The translations under genes were made by a program, and so were the position numbers. Shown one piece after another: positions 1 through 8,146 of a stretch of 44,687 nucleotides of DNA (the first letter of the stretch is position 1; each line of letters starts with the position of its first letter). The notes under the pieces were generated by a model. It was not told the DNA's origin. It did not search any database and was given only the letters and a program-made list of their open reading frames with translations. Source of the stretch: a virus (Duplodnaviria; Caudoviricetes); the IMG/VR virus record IMGVR_UViG_3300013767_000205, positions 1-44,687 of that record; one strand, 5' to 3'.

Positions 1-231
1 TCAGCCCTTGGGCGGGAACGGATCAGCACCGTAGCTGTTGCGCTCACGGATCTGGCCGTCACGCCCTTGGATGAACATCTCGCTCTGCTGGTTGATGGCG
101 ATCCCCCGCGCACGGTCAATCGCCTGTTGCTGCGTGTCGTGGACGGAGGTGAGGCGGTCGTTGCCTTCACCGCGCACGCCCCACTGCTCACCGCCGTTGA
201 TGGGTACGACCCATTGGCTTTTTCCGCTCAT
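1..231 (-). CDS. DUF2188-like small protein (76 aa)
   Basis: MSGKSQWVVP..WGVRGEG..TQQQAIDRAR..IQGRDGQIRERNSYGADPFPPKG is the typical DUF2188 pattern. GGAG RBS lies upstream of ATG 231. Confidence 0.85.
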   Translation of the reverse strand: MSGKSQWVVPINGGEQWGVRGEGNDRLTSVHDTQQQAIDRARGIAINQQSEMFIQGRDGQIRERNSYGADPFPPKG

Positions 232-304
232 TTCAATCACTCCAAAAAATGAAAAGGTCAGGCCCTTGAAGTCGGCGCGAGCCTCGGCGCATCAGGTGGT
301 GAGA

Positions 305-1294
305 TCACATCATGGAGACCTCCTTTCCCGATGTTTGGCGTAGGGACGCCAACGCGCCCGCCGCGCACGGCATGGCGTACAACCCGGCGCGTTGCTGCGT
401 GACCACGAGCGCACCATAGGCCGCGTGCTGCGCCGCAGGTTCTGGCTTGCCCTTGTCCTTCGCCTTGATCTTGAACAGGTCACTCGGCTTGGCGCTGTCC
501 AGACCCGCGCGCGACATGATGCGTTCCGCCGTCGTGGCCTCGCCCTTGAACGACCATAGCGCCTGGAACACCTTGGCCTGACCGTCGGTGAACTGGATCG
601 GCGCGCTGCTGATGTCCGGCAGCGTCGCCCACTTGAAGTCCGCCGAGAACGGCCCGTTCACCGGCGAGGCCGGATCGCCGACTGCTGGCGTCGCGGACGA
701 CGGCGCGGCGATGAACGTGATCCCACCACCGTAGAACGTGAAGCGCTCCTCCAGCGCCAGCCATTCCACGCCCGAGCCGAAGGGCGACCCGCGCGTCGTG
801 CGCGGCCTCGGCGTGATCACGCGGATGTCGCCGCCCGCCACGCGCACCCGATCCAGCAACGCGGGTTCTTGCAGCGCTCGCGTCAGATTGCGAGCCAGCA
901 GCACCGGCGCGCGGCGGGCGTCTCCGAGCCGCCACACGCCGTCGCCCAGGTCATCAATGCCGTCGCGGCTTTCGATGCCGAGCGCGAGACGCAGCTTCTG
1001 GCGCAACCATTCCTCGTCCAAGGCCAACGCCGCACCATCGTTCGCTTCGACGGCGACTGGCCCGCAGTCCGGGCAACGGCACATGCGCCCGCCGCGACCG
1101 TCGCCCCAGACCTGCGCCCGATGCTGCTGGCAATGTGGACAGAGCACGAACGACTGATCCACCGTCGTCGGCTTGACCGCATTGCCGAGGACGGACAGCG
1201 CAGCCACCTCGCGGAGCGGCAGTGTGGTTCGCAGCACGGGCGTACCGCCCGCGAACAGGCGGCAGACCAAGGCCCAGGCATCGTGCGCCGCCAT
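305..1294 (-). CDS. Hypothetical protein (329 aa) with Zn-ribbon and probable C-terminal winged-HTH
   Basis: CPHC...CRCPDC Cys cluster. C-terminal FTDGQAKVFQALW..TAERIMSRAGLDSAKPSDLFK is HTH-like. Starts 3 bp after the stop of the upstream gene. Confidence 0.75.
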   Translation of the reverse strand: MAAHDAWALVCRLFAGGTPVLRTTLPLREVAALSVLGNAVKPTTVDQSFVLCPHCQQHRAQVWGDGRGGRMCRCPDCGPVAVEANDGAALALDEEWLRQKLRLALGIESRDGIDDLGDGVWRLGDARRAPVLLARNLTRALQEPALLDRVRVAGGDIRVITPRPRTTRGSPFGSGVEWLALEERFTFYGGGITFIAAPSSATPAVGDPASPVNGPFSADFKWATLPDISSAPIQFTDGQAKVFQALWSFKGEATTAERIMSRAGLDSAKPSDLFKIKAKDKGKPEPAAQHAAYGALVVTQQRAGLYAMPCAAGALASLRQTSGKEVSMM

Positions 1295-1297
1295 CGA

Positions 1298-2533
1298 TCA
1301 GTCCTCGAACGCCGAGGAGGAACTGATCGCGTCGGCTTCCGGCGGAAGCTCCTGCGCGCTCAGGGTCTGGCCCTTCTGCAAGATGCCCACCGAGACCAGA
1401 TACCCTTCCAGCTGCGCCTGCATCTTGGCGTCGAACTTGTGCAGGTTCAGACGCCCCTTGCTGGTCACTTCGATGGTGACCACCTTGGCACGCGTCCGGC
1501 CCGGCTCGGGCGGATAGTAGAGATTGACTTGCGCCGCCGTCACCGTCCATTGGCTTTCCAGCGGGCCGGGCAGCTTCTCCTTCAGCAGCTCATGCACGGA
1601 GCGTTGCTGGCTGGACTGCATCGCGGTGCATTCGATCTTCAGCGCGGCGTCCGGGCTGAGGAGCGTGAGCGCCTTCAGTTGCACCATCGAGAAACCGTCC
1701 TCGAACGCTTCCGGCACGTCGAAGCCGGTGCGCAGCATCGACAAATTCAGCGTCGGCGACTTGATCCGGTGCGCGTTCGCCTTGACGCCCAGCACATGCT
1801 CGGCGAAGGCCTCGACCAGCATCTGCTGGTATTTCTGGCCACCCCGCACCAGCGTGCGCACCACGCCGGTGGACTTGGCGTACTCCAACACCATGTGGAT
1901 GTTGGGATTGCCGACGCGGCGCTTCAGAGCCGAACCCTCGAACTCCAGCCGCAGCATGGCCATGTCCTTGACATGGACGGTCAGCAGGAACACGCCGGGG
2001 CTGCGCTCGACCAGATGCGCCACGCTGCTGTCGCCGCACTGCATCTCGCGCTTGTAGAAGGCCGAGATCGCGTGGCGCAGCGCGGCCAGGTTGGTGTCCG
2101 AACCGTTCGGCTGGCGCTTCAGGCCCAGATCGTATTGCTGGGTCTGCGGCCCGTGGTGCTCCCAGAAGCTGAAGTCGTAGGCGCGCTCGAACAGTGTCGG
2201 GTGGTTGACGTACAACCAGAACGAGCGATGGACGTCGCTGCGGCACAGGGTCAGGCCCGCCAGCGCGGCACCGTTCGCCACCACGGCCTCGAACATCGCC
2301 TGCTTGCCCGCTGCGTCGCCCAGTTGGACGGCGGCCATGAGGTTGGCGACCATCTGGTCGCGGGCTGCTGTGTCGGGCCACACCTTGACCGCCTCCACCA
2401 AGAACTGGCTGGTCTCCGGCGTGTCGTCCCACGCGAACCCGTCGGGCACCGGCAAGCCATGCGAGGTCAGGAAGTCGCGCAGCGTGGCATCCACCGGCAG
2501 CTCGAGCATCACGTCGACAAAGGTTTTCTTCAT
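1298..2533 (-). CDS. Hypothetical protein (~411 aa), first gene of leftward operon
   Basis: Long ORF with high-GC3 codon usage. AAAGGA RBS upstream of ATG 2533 (MKKTFVDV). Confidence 0.8.
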   Translation of the reverse strand: MKKTFVDVMLELPVDATLRDFLTSHGLPVPDGFAWDDTPETSQFLVEAVKVWPDTAARDQMVANLMAAVQLGDAAGKQAMFEAVVANGAALAGLTLCRSDVHRSFWLYVNHPTLFERAYDFSFWEHHGPQTQQYDLGLKRQPNGSDTNLAALRHAISAFYKREMQCGDSSVAHLVERSPGVFLLTVHVKDMAMLRLEFEGSALKRRVGNPNIHMVLEYAKSTGVVRTLVRGGQKYQQMLVEAFAEHVLGVKANAHRIKSPTLNLSMLRTGFDVPEAFEDGFSMVQLKALTLLSPDAALKIECTAMQSSQQRSVHELLKEKLPGPLESQWTVTAAQVNLYYPPEPGRTRAKVVTIEVTSKGRLNLHKFDAKMQAQLEGYLVSVGILQKGQTLSAQELPPEADAISSSSAFED

Positions 2534-2616
2534 CTTGTTCGTCCTTTCTGGATCGGCGTCGGAGGTCTGCGACCGATGTACGGGCTGCACTGGCCAGCGA
2601 CAGGGTTACTGAACAC

Positions 2617-2646
2617 GTATCTCGCGCAAGTAAAGTAACGAGATAC
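2617..2646. promoter_or_regulatory. Operator palindrome GTATCTCG-N14-CGAGATAC; third half-site at 2710-2717
   Basis: Perfect 8-bp inverted repeat read directly from the sequence, just downstream of the leftward promoter. Confidence 0.75.
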
Positions 2647-2653
2647 AAGCGCA

Positions 2654-2682
2654 ATTCTGAACCGCAGATTTCCGCTTGTCAA
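2654..2682 (-). promoter_or_regulatory. Leftward sigma70-type promoter TTGACA-N17-CAGAAT
   Basis: Minus strand TTGACA at 2682-2677, 17-nt spacer, CAGAAT at 2659-2654. Confidence 0.7.
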
Positions 2683-2697
2683 TCAACCGGGCACATC

Positions 2698-2727
2698 TAG
2701 ACCTTTTATGTATCTCGCAGCTATACT
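2698..2727 (+). promoter_or_regulatory. Rightward promoter of repressor operon TAGACC-N18-TATACT
   Basis: TAGACC at 2698-2703 and TATACT at 2722-2727, with the operator half-site GTATCTCG in the spacer. Confidence 0.6.
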
Positions 2728-2777
2728 GACGGTCTTGATTCATTCACTGGCTGTTTAGCCATTACAGGAGCATCGCC

Positions 2778-3119
2778 ATGGCTTCGGCGTTTGGAGCGCG
2801 CCTGCGGCGCTTGCGCGAGGCGAAAAATTTGACCCTGCAACAGGTCGCCGACGCGGTCGGCTGCACCAAGGCCTACATCTGGGAACTGGAAATGAAGGAT
2901 GGGCAGCGTCCCACCGCCGAGCGGATTCAGAAGATCGCTCAGGTGCTCGGCGTGACGATGGAGGATGTGATGGGGACGCCCATGCAGCAGGCACCCGATG
3001 CCAGTCCCGAGGACGTGGCGTTCTTCCGCGAGTACGCCGGGATGACGGACGAGGAAAAAGATCGCTACCGCCAGGCGCTCAAGATCATGTTCCCGGACAA
3101 GGGCCACGGCGGGGACTGA
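2778..3119 (+). CDS. XRE-family HTH repressor (ImmR/CI-like)
   Basis: FGARLRRLREAKNLTLQQVADAVGCTKAYIWELE is a Cro/CI HTH. AGGAG RBS. Confidence 0.92.
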   Translation: MASAFGARLRRLREAKNLTLQQVADAVGCTKAYIWELEMKDGQRPTAERIQKIAQVLGVTMEDVMGTPMQQAPDASPEDVAFFREYAGMTDEEKDRYRQALKIMFPDKGHGGD

Positions 3120-3122
3120 GGA

Positions 3123-4052
3123 TTGAGCGCAGCGCAGACCCTCACTGGCTCCATTGCCGCCAACACCGTCCAGAAGTGGTTGCGGGCGTGGTACAGCACG
3201 GGCATGCCCGACGCCATTGATTTGGAGATCGTTCGGCAGATGCTGCCGAGCACGCCCTACGGCACGGGCGTGCGAGAGATCAAGGCGCCGATGGTGCTCG
3301 ACGTCGACAGTTGCGAAGGCATGCTGGTGCGCAACCCGAAGGACATCGCCGAGTGGGGCATCTTCTACAACGGCAAGGTAAGCCCTGAACGCCGACGCTT
3401 CACCATCGCCCATGAGCTCGGCCACTTCATCCTCCATCGCGGTCAGCAGCAGAGCTTCAACTGCGACAAGGAAAGCGTCTACTCCGGCGTCGACAGCATC
3501 CGCGCCATCGAACGCGAAGCCGACGACTTCGCCAGCAACCTGCTGATGCCCGGCGACCTGCTGCGCGACTGGATTTCGAGCCAGCGCATCGACCTGCACG
3601 TCCTCAGCGCCATCGCCAAGCGGTTTGAAGTTTCGTTCGAGGCGCTGTGTATCCGCTTCATCAAGTTCACCACGCAGCGCGCGATCCTCGTCTATTGGGA
3701 CAACGGCTACGTGAAGTACGAATGGCGCAGCAGTAGCGCCGTCAAGACGCGGGCGCGCATCCGGCGCAATGGCGATCCAGCGGAACCGCTGACGGGCACG
3801 CTGGCGGCCGATGCCAACGTCTCACAGGAGTGGGACGGCACAGAGATGTCCGCCGCGATATGGTGCCCGGAAGAGGCGCAGCACATGAAGCTGCGCGAGT
3901 TCAAGCACAGCTTCGGCGCGCGTGATCGTGTCCTCACTCTGCTACTGCTCGAAAGCGCCGAGCCGCGATCATGGGATCGATCATGGCAGGACGGCGAGAG
4001 CTCCGACAGCTACGACCAATTTGTCTCGAACGGCCAGCACCCTGTTCGATGA
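3123..4052 (+). CDS. ImmA/IrrE-family zinc metallopeptidase
   Basis: RRRFTIAHELGH (HExxH) and IEREADDFASNLLMP motifs. Directly follows the XRE gene. TTG start. Confidence 0.9.
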   Translation: MSAAQTLTGSIAANTVQKWLRAWYSTGMPDAIDLEIVRQMLPSTPYGTGVREIKAPMVLDVDSCEGMLVRNPKDIAEWGIFYNGKVSPERRRFTIAHELGHFILHRGQQQSFNCDKESVYSGVDSIRAIEREADDFASNLLMPGDLLRDWISSQRIDLHVLSAIAKRFEVSFEALCIRFIKFTTQRAILVYWDNGYVKYEWRSSSAVKTRARIRRNGDPAEPLTGTLAADANVSQEWDGTEMSAAIWCPEEAQHMKLREFKHSFGARDRVLTLLLLESAEPRSWDRSWQDGESSDSYDQFVSNGQHPVR

Positions 4053-4073
4053 CGCTCACAAAGAAAGCCAACA

Positions 4074-5054
4074 ATGGAGATTCTTGAAGCGTATTGCGAA
4101 GACCTTGGGCGGGTCGTCGAGATCTACGAAGCGCAGGAGGAGTACTTCGCCCAGCCAGCAGGCAGTCGGCATCGCTTCCAGTTCCGTTGCTCAGACGCGG
4201 CGTGCCGCGCCGAGAAGAATCCGCTCGTCGTTGGAGTGAATTACGACAAGAATGCTGAGGAATCCGACAAGTACCAGCAACCCCACTTCAAATCGCACAT
4301 GAAGCATCCTCACATTGACGGGTGCATGTGGATGGCGGGCGATGCAAGCAGGCGCGAAGAAAATCCAAGCGGAGATGAGCGCGATGTTCGCCATCCCCGC
4401 CCGAAGGCAACGAATGTCGTCGATATCTTTGAGCCACGCCACTCAGACACCTTGCTGGCCACCGCTGCTGCAGACGTTCGTCCGCCAGCCGTAGTCTCTG
4501 GTGATGCTGTGCAGGAGGACGGCGGTCAGGCAGACGGTCGCGCAGGGATTACGACCACGTCACGTCTGGAAAAGCTGATCGATTGCTGGTCGCAAATGGA
4601 GCCAGAGGAACGCCGTAGCCAACGCATCATCATTGACGGCCGCAGCATCACCTACCATCAACTGTGCCTTCACGTCACCACCCTCAGCGAGGCTGAGAAC
4701 GGAATGCGGGTTGTGTACGGTGGAGCACGCGTCAAGGCTTGGCCAGCCGATTCACCGAGCCATTACTTCGTGAACTTTATCGATGACTGCGACCGCTTCG
4801 CAGAAGCATCGGGAGAAAGGTCGCTCACGATTTCCCTGCCGATCAAGCGTCTGAAGCAGACGCGGCGGGGCGCCCTGCTGATCAATCGCATCGAACAGGC
4901 CTCGCGACCCAACCACTACATGAGGGTATATGCCTGGGGCGGGGTTGTCGCACGCGTCCGGGGCAAGGGCTATGAGCTGAACCTGGCCGCTTTGGACAAC
5001 CTCGTGCTCAAGGCTGTCGAGAAGAAGGCGGCAGATCAACCGAAGGGGAGTTGA
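4074..5054 (+). CDS. Hypothetical cargo protein (326 aa) with N-terminal Cys/His cluster
   Basis: ORF with more A/T-ending codons than its neighbours. FRCSDAACR...HFKSHMKHPHIDGC is a possible Zn site. Confidence 0.75.
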   Translation: MEILEAYCEDLGRVVEIYEAQEEYFAQPAGSRHRFQFRCSDAACRAEKNPLVVGVNYDKNAEESDKYQQPHFKSHMKHPHIDGCMWMAGDASRREENPSGDERDVRHPRPKATNVVDIFEPRHSDTLLATAAADVRPPAVVSGDAVQEDGGQADGRAGITTTSRLEKLIDCWSQMEPEERRSQRIIIDGRSITYHQLCLHVTTLSEAENGMRVVYGGARVKAWPADSPSHYFVNFIDDCDRFAEASGERSLTISLPIKRLKQTRRGALLINRIEQASRPNHYMRVYAWGGVVARVRGKGYELNLAALDNLVLKAVEKKAADQPKGS

Positions 5055-5142
5055 GCCAACACCGCGCACTCCCGCTAAATCACGTTACGCGAAGTGCCCT
5101 CGGTTTTTAGCATGAGCAGCGTTTTCCATCAAAACGCCTGCC

Positions 5143-5358
5143 ATGACAGAACTCGAACCCATCTCCATTTCCCCGCCGCCTGACCGCCCTCGGCACGCGC
5201 ATCAGGAAATCGCCGATCTGTTGGCCGCCGCGCTACTGCGCCTGCGCGCGCGACCGTCCAGCCACACAATCGAAAACAGCGAGTGCGTTCGCCTTGGCTT
5301 TCCCGGCCAACAGCGCGTGAATGCGAACCCCGATAACAACAACGGAGTTCGCCCATGA
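5143..5358 (+). CDS. Small hypothetical protein (71 aa), possibly spurious
   Basis: ATGA-coupled to the DUF2924 gene, but its 3' part coincides with the promoter-like motif at 5293-5322. Confidence 0.45.
   Translation: MTELEPISISPPPDRPRHAHQEIADLLAAALLRLRARPSSHTIENSECVRLGFPGQQRVNANPDNNNGVRP
5293..5322 (+). promoter_or_regulatory. Bipartite motif copy A: CTTGGCTT-N8-AACAGCGCGT-GAAT
   Basis: Same motif as the three minus-strand copies at 19.7-20.7 kb. Core ends 36 nt before ATG 5355. Confidence 0.75.
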
Positions 5359-5825
5359 CGGCACACGCACCATCCACCACCACCTCGGTCGCCGCCCAGG
5401 TCGCCGGACTTCCCCATCTCTCGATGGATGATCTCTGGAAACTGTGGGACGAGCATTTCGACGAGCGGCCCGGTCACCATCATCGCGGCTGGCTGGAGAG
5501 CCGACTGGCCTACCGGATTCAGGAGCGCGCCTTCGGCGGCCTGAAGCCGTCGCTGCGCAAGAAGCTCGAGGAAGTCGGCGAAACCGGCATCCTGCCCAAG
5601 CAATTGCGCGGCGACAGCCAGCGCTTGCTGCCCGGAACCATCCTCACGCGCATTTACGACGACGTCGAGCATCGCGTGCTGGTGCGCGGCTCGAACGACT
5701 TCGAATATCAGGGGCGACGCTTCAAGAGCCTGTCCGCGATTGCGGGCCACATCACGGGCAGCCACTGGTCCGGCCCGGTGTTCTTCGGCCTCAAATCGCC
5801 GGCATCGAAGAAGGTGACGGCATGA
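5355..5825 (+). CDS. DUF2924 family protein
   Basis: LESRLAYRIQERAFGGL...LLPGTILTR...FEYQGRRFKSLSAIAGHITGSHWSGPVFFGL. Typical position upstream of a serine recombinase. Confidence 0.88.
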   Translation: MTAHAPSTTTSVAAQVAGLPHLSMDDLWKLWDEHFDERPGHHHRGWLESRLAYRIQERAFGGLKPSLRKKLEEVGETGILPKQLRGDSQRLLPGTILTRIYDDVEHRVLVRGSNDFEYQGRRFKSLSAIAGHITGSHWSGPVFFGLKSPASKKVTA

Positions 5826-7234
5826 GTTCGCCGCGCACCAACCCGCTGCCGACGGTCACGCCGAAGAAGCGTTGCGCCGTCTACACCCGCAAATCCACCG
5901 ACGAAGGGCTGGATCAGGAATACAACAGCCTAGAAGCCCAGCGCGACGCCGGCCTCGCCTTCATCGCCAGCCAACGGCACGAGGGCTGGATCGCCCTCGG
6001 CGACGCCTACGACGACGGTGGCTACTCCGGTGGCAACATGGATCGGCCCGCGTTGCGCCGCCTGCTCGCCGACATCGAGGCCCGGAAGATCGACACCGTG
6101 GTCGTCTACAAGATCGACCGCCTCACACGCAGCCTGCCGGATTTCGCCAAGCTGGTCGAGGTGTTCGACCGCAACGGCGTGTCCTTCGTCTCGGTCACGC
6201 AGCAGTTCAACACCACGACTTCGATGGGGCGGCTGACGCTCAACATCCTGCTGTCCTTCGCGCAGTTCGAGCGCGAGGTGACGGGCGAGCGCATCCGCGA
6301 CAAGATCGCCGCCAGCAAGGCCAAAGGCATGTGGATGGGCGGCGTCCCGCCCTTGGGCTACGACGTGGTCGAGCGCAAGCTCGTCGTCAACGAACGCGAG
6401 GCAGCATTGGTGCGCGACATCTTCCGGCGCTACGCCGAGCACGGCTCGGCGGCCCGGCTGGTGCGCGAACTGGACATCGAGGGCCACACCACCAAGGCGT
6501 GGGTGACGCAGAACGGGCGCGAACGTTCGGGCCGCACCATCGACCAGCAGTACCTCTTCACACTGCTGCGCAACCGCATCTACCTGGGGGAAATCCGCAA
6601 CCACGGCACCTGGTATCCCGCCCAGCACGAAGCCATCGTGTCGCAAGGCCTGTGGGACGCGGCGCACGCCTTCATCGAACGGCGCAAGCAAGCGCCGCGC
6701 GAGCACGCCGCCAAGCATCCGGCGCTGCTGGCGGGCCTGCTGTTCGCGCCCGACGGGCAGCGCATGCAGCACTCCTTCGTCAAGAAGAAGAACGGACGGC
6801 AGTACCGCTACTACGTCCCGTATCTGCACAAGCGGCGCAGCGCGGGCGCGAGCCTGTCGCCTGGTACGCCGGACGTGGGCCATCTCCCCGCCGCCGAGAT
6901 CGAGAACGCGGTGCTGGCGCAAATCCACGCGGCACTGTCGGCTCCGCAGATGCTGATCGCGGTCTGGCGCGCCTGCCAGCGCCATCCCGCAGGTAGCACG
7001 CTCGACGAAGCGCAGGTGGTGGTGGCGATGCAGCGCATCGGCGACGTGTGGGCGCAGCTGTTCCCCGCCGAGCAGCAACGCATCACGCGGCTGCTGATCG
7101 AGCGGGTGCAACTGCACGGGCACGGGCTGGACATCGTCTGGCGCGAAGATGGCTGGATCGGCTTCGGTGCCGACATCGGCGCGCATCCGCTGGTCGAGGA
7201 GTCCAGCGAACAGGCCGAGAAAGCACTGGCATGA
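5822..7234 (+). CDS. Large serine recombinase / integrase (470 aa)
   Basis: CAVYTRKST (catalytic Ser), DGGYSG..DRPAL, VVYKIDRLTRS, FAQFERE, GGVPPLGY, LRNRIYLG and HEAIVS motifs. ATGA overlap with the upstream gene. Confidence 0.93.
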   Translation: MSSPRTNPLPTVTPKKRCAVYTRKSTDEGLDQEYNSLEAQRDAGLAFIASQRHEGWIALGDAYDDGGYSGGNMDRPALRRLLADIEARKIDTVVVYKIDRLTRSLPDFAKLVEVFDRNGVSFVSVTQQFNTTTSMGRLTLNILLSFAQFEREVTGERIRDKIAASKAKGMWMGGVPPLGYDVVERKLVVNEREAALVRDIFRRYAEHGSAARLVRELDIEGHTTKAWVTQNGRERSGRTIDQQYLFTLLRNRIYLGEIRNHGTWYPAQHEAIVSQGLWDAAHAFIERRKQAPREHAAKHPALLAGLLFAPDGQRMQHSFVKKKNGRQYRYYVPYLHKRRSAGASLSPGTPDVGHLPAAEIENAVLAQIHAALSAPQMLIAVWRACQRHPAGSTLDEAQVVVAMQRIGDVWAQLFPAEQQRITRLLIERVQLHGHGLDIVWREDGWIGFGADIGAHPLVEESSEQAEKALA

Positions 7235-7695
7235 GCACCACGACGAACCCGCGCAAGCGCACCGTCCGCATCGAGGTCGGAACCGATGCCCGCAGCTACG
7301 TCAGCGATGGCCAGCGCGTCACGCTGGTACCGCTAACGATCAAGCGCCGCCAGAACCGCAAGCTGCTGATCCCGCCCGCGCCCGATGCCGCCACTGCGAC
7401 GGCTGGCTTCGACGTGCCGATGATCAAGACGCTCGGCAAGGCGTTCTACTGGAAGCGGTTGATCGACGAAGGCGTCTATGCGACGACCGCCGATCTGGCG
7501 CGCGCGCTGAAACTGGAGCCAGGCTGGGCGGCCGAGGTGATGCGCATGACCATGCTGGCCCCGGGCATCGTCGAGGCGATCTTCGAGGGCCGTCAGCCTC
7601 GGCATCTGAACCTGCACACGCTGCGCGGCCGCCAAGACTTGCTGCCACGCGACTGGGCTGAACAGCGTCGGCTGCTGGGCTTCCACGCCCCCTGA
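7231..7695 (+). CDS. Recombinase-associated small protein (154 aa)
   Basis: ATGA-coupled to the recombinase. VPLTIKRRQNRKLL..KAFYWKRLI..LAPGIVEAIFEGRQP..LPRDWAEQR, with an HTH-like central segment. Confidence 0.8.
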   Translation: MSTTTNPRKRTVRIEVGTDARSYVSDGQRVTLVPLTIKRRQNRKLLIPPAPDAATATAGFDVPMIKTLGKAFYWKRLIDEGVYATTADLARALKLEPGWAAEVMRMTMLAPGIVEAIFEGRQPRHLNLHTLRGRQDLLPRDWAEQRRLLGFHAP

Positions 7696-7719
7696 ATCCA
7701 CGCCCCCGATGTTCCCGAT

Positions 7720-7752
7720 GACGGCGAGCCATGTGCTCGCCGTCTGCGCTTT
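7720..7752 (+). terminator. Terminator-like hairpin after the recombinase operon
   Basis: GACGGCGAGC-catgt-GCTCGCCGTC is a perfect 10-bp stem. The U-tract is weak (TGCGCTTT). Confidence 0.55.
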
Positions 7753-7760
7753 GGCGCTGG

Positions 7761-7820
7761 CGCATTGGCGAACCAGAAGTTCCCGCCTGGTTCGCCATTG
7801 CGTCCCTTAAAGGTTCGCCA
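7761..7820. promoter_or_regulatory. Inverted repeat with GGTTCGCCA boxes upstream of the early operon
   Basis: CGCATTGGCGAACCAG-N10-CTGGTTCGCCATTGCG (16-bp arms, one mismatch) plus a third GGTTCGCCA at 7812-7820. Confidence 0.7.
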
Positions 7821-7871
7821 CCCGAAGTTTGGAATGACACCTGTTCCTCAACAACGTCACAGGAGCATTCC

Positions 7872-8135
7872 ATGCAGACACCAACCAGCACCATTCCCCG
7901 GTCGCCGCAGCAGGCGATCAACAGCCTCTCGCCCGGCGACCGCCGGGTGCTCAACGAAAACGAACTGGCCCAGCGGTGGGGCCTCAGCCCCAAGACCCTG
8001 CAACGCTGGCGCAGCGAAGGTCGCGGCCCGCGCTACCTGAAGTTGTCCAAGCGCGTCGGCTATCCCGTGGACGCGGTCATCGAGTTCGAGCGCCAGGCGC
8101 TGCACGACTCGACGTCCGAACGCGCGACGGTCTGA
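7872..8135 (+). CDS. Excisionase/AlpA-like HTH DNA-binding protein
   Basis: LNENELAQRWGLSPKTLQRWRSEGRGPRYLKLSKRVGYP. AGGAG RBS. Confidence 0.88.
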   Translation: MQTPTSTIPRSPQQAINSLSPGDRRVLNENELAQRWGLSPKTLQRWRSEGRGPRYLKLSKRVGYPVDAVIEFERQALHDSTSERATV

Positions 8136-8146
8136 GGAGCGATGCC

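Noticed and set aside
869-2638. 589-aa plus-strand ORF and many other long overlapping ORFs (e.g. 24483-26327, 39603-41057, 5930-7186)
   Set aside because: Antisense or alternate-frame shadows of real genes, expected in high-GC DNA. Arg/Gly/Ala-rich with no motifs.
5119-5137. GCGTTTT-ccatc-AAAACGC palindrome after the cargo gene
   Set aside because: Only a 7-bp AT-rich stem with no U-tract. Too weak to call a terminator, operator or att site.
5444-5821. N-terminal extensions in the ORF track (recombinase from 5444, MTase from 17055, terminase from 20778, hub from 36620, lysozyme from 41810)
   Set aside because: They overlap upstream genes. Downstream starts with RBS or ATGA coupling match where family motifs begin.
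7779-7793. GTTC-N7-GTTC resembling an alphaproteobacterial LexA box (also GAAC-N4-GTTC at 16345-16356)
   Set aside because: Single short matches that fall out of the GTTCGC repeats. Host taxon unknown, so not supportable.
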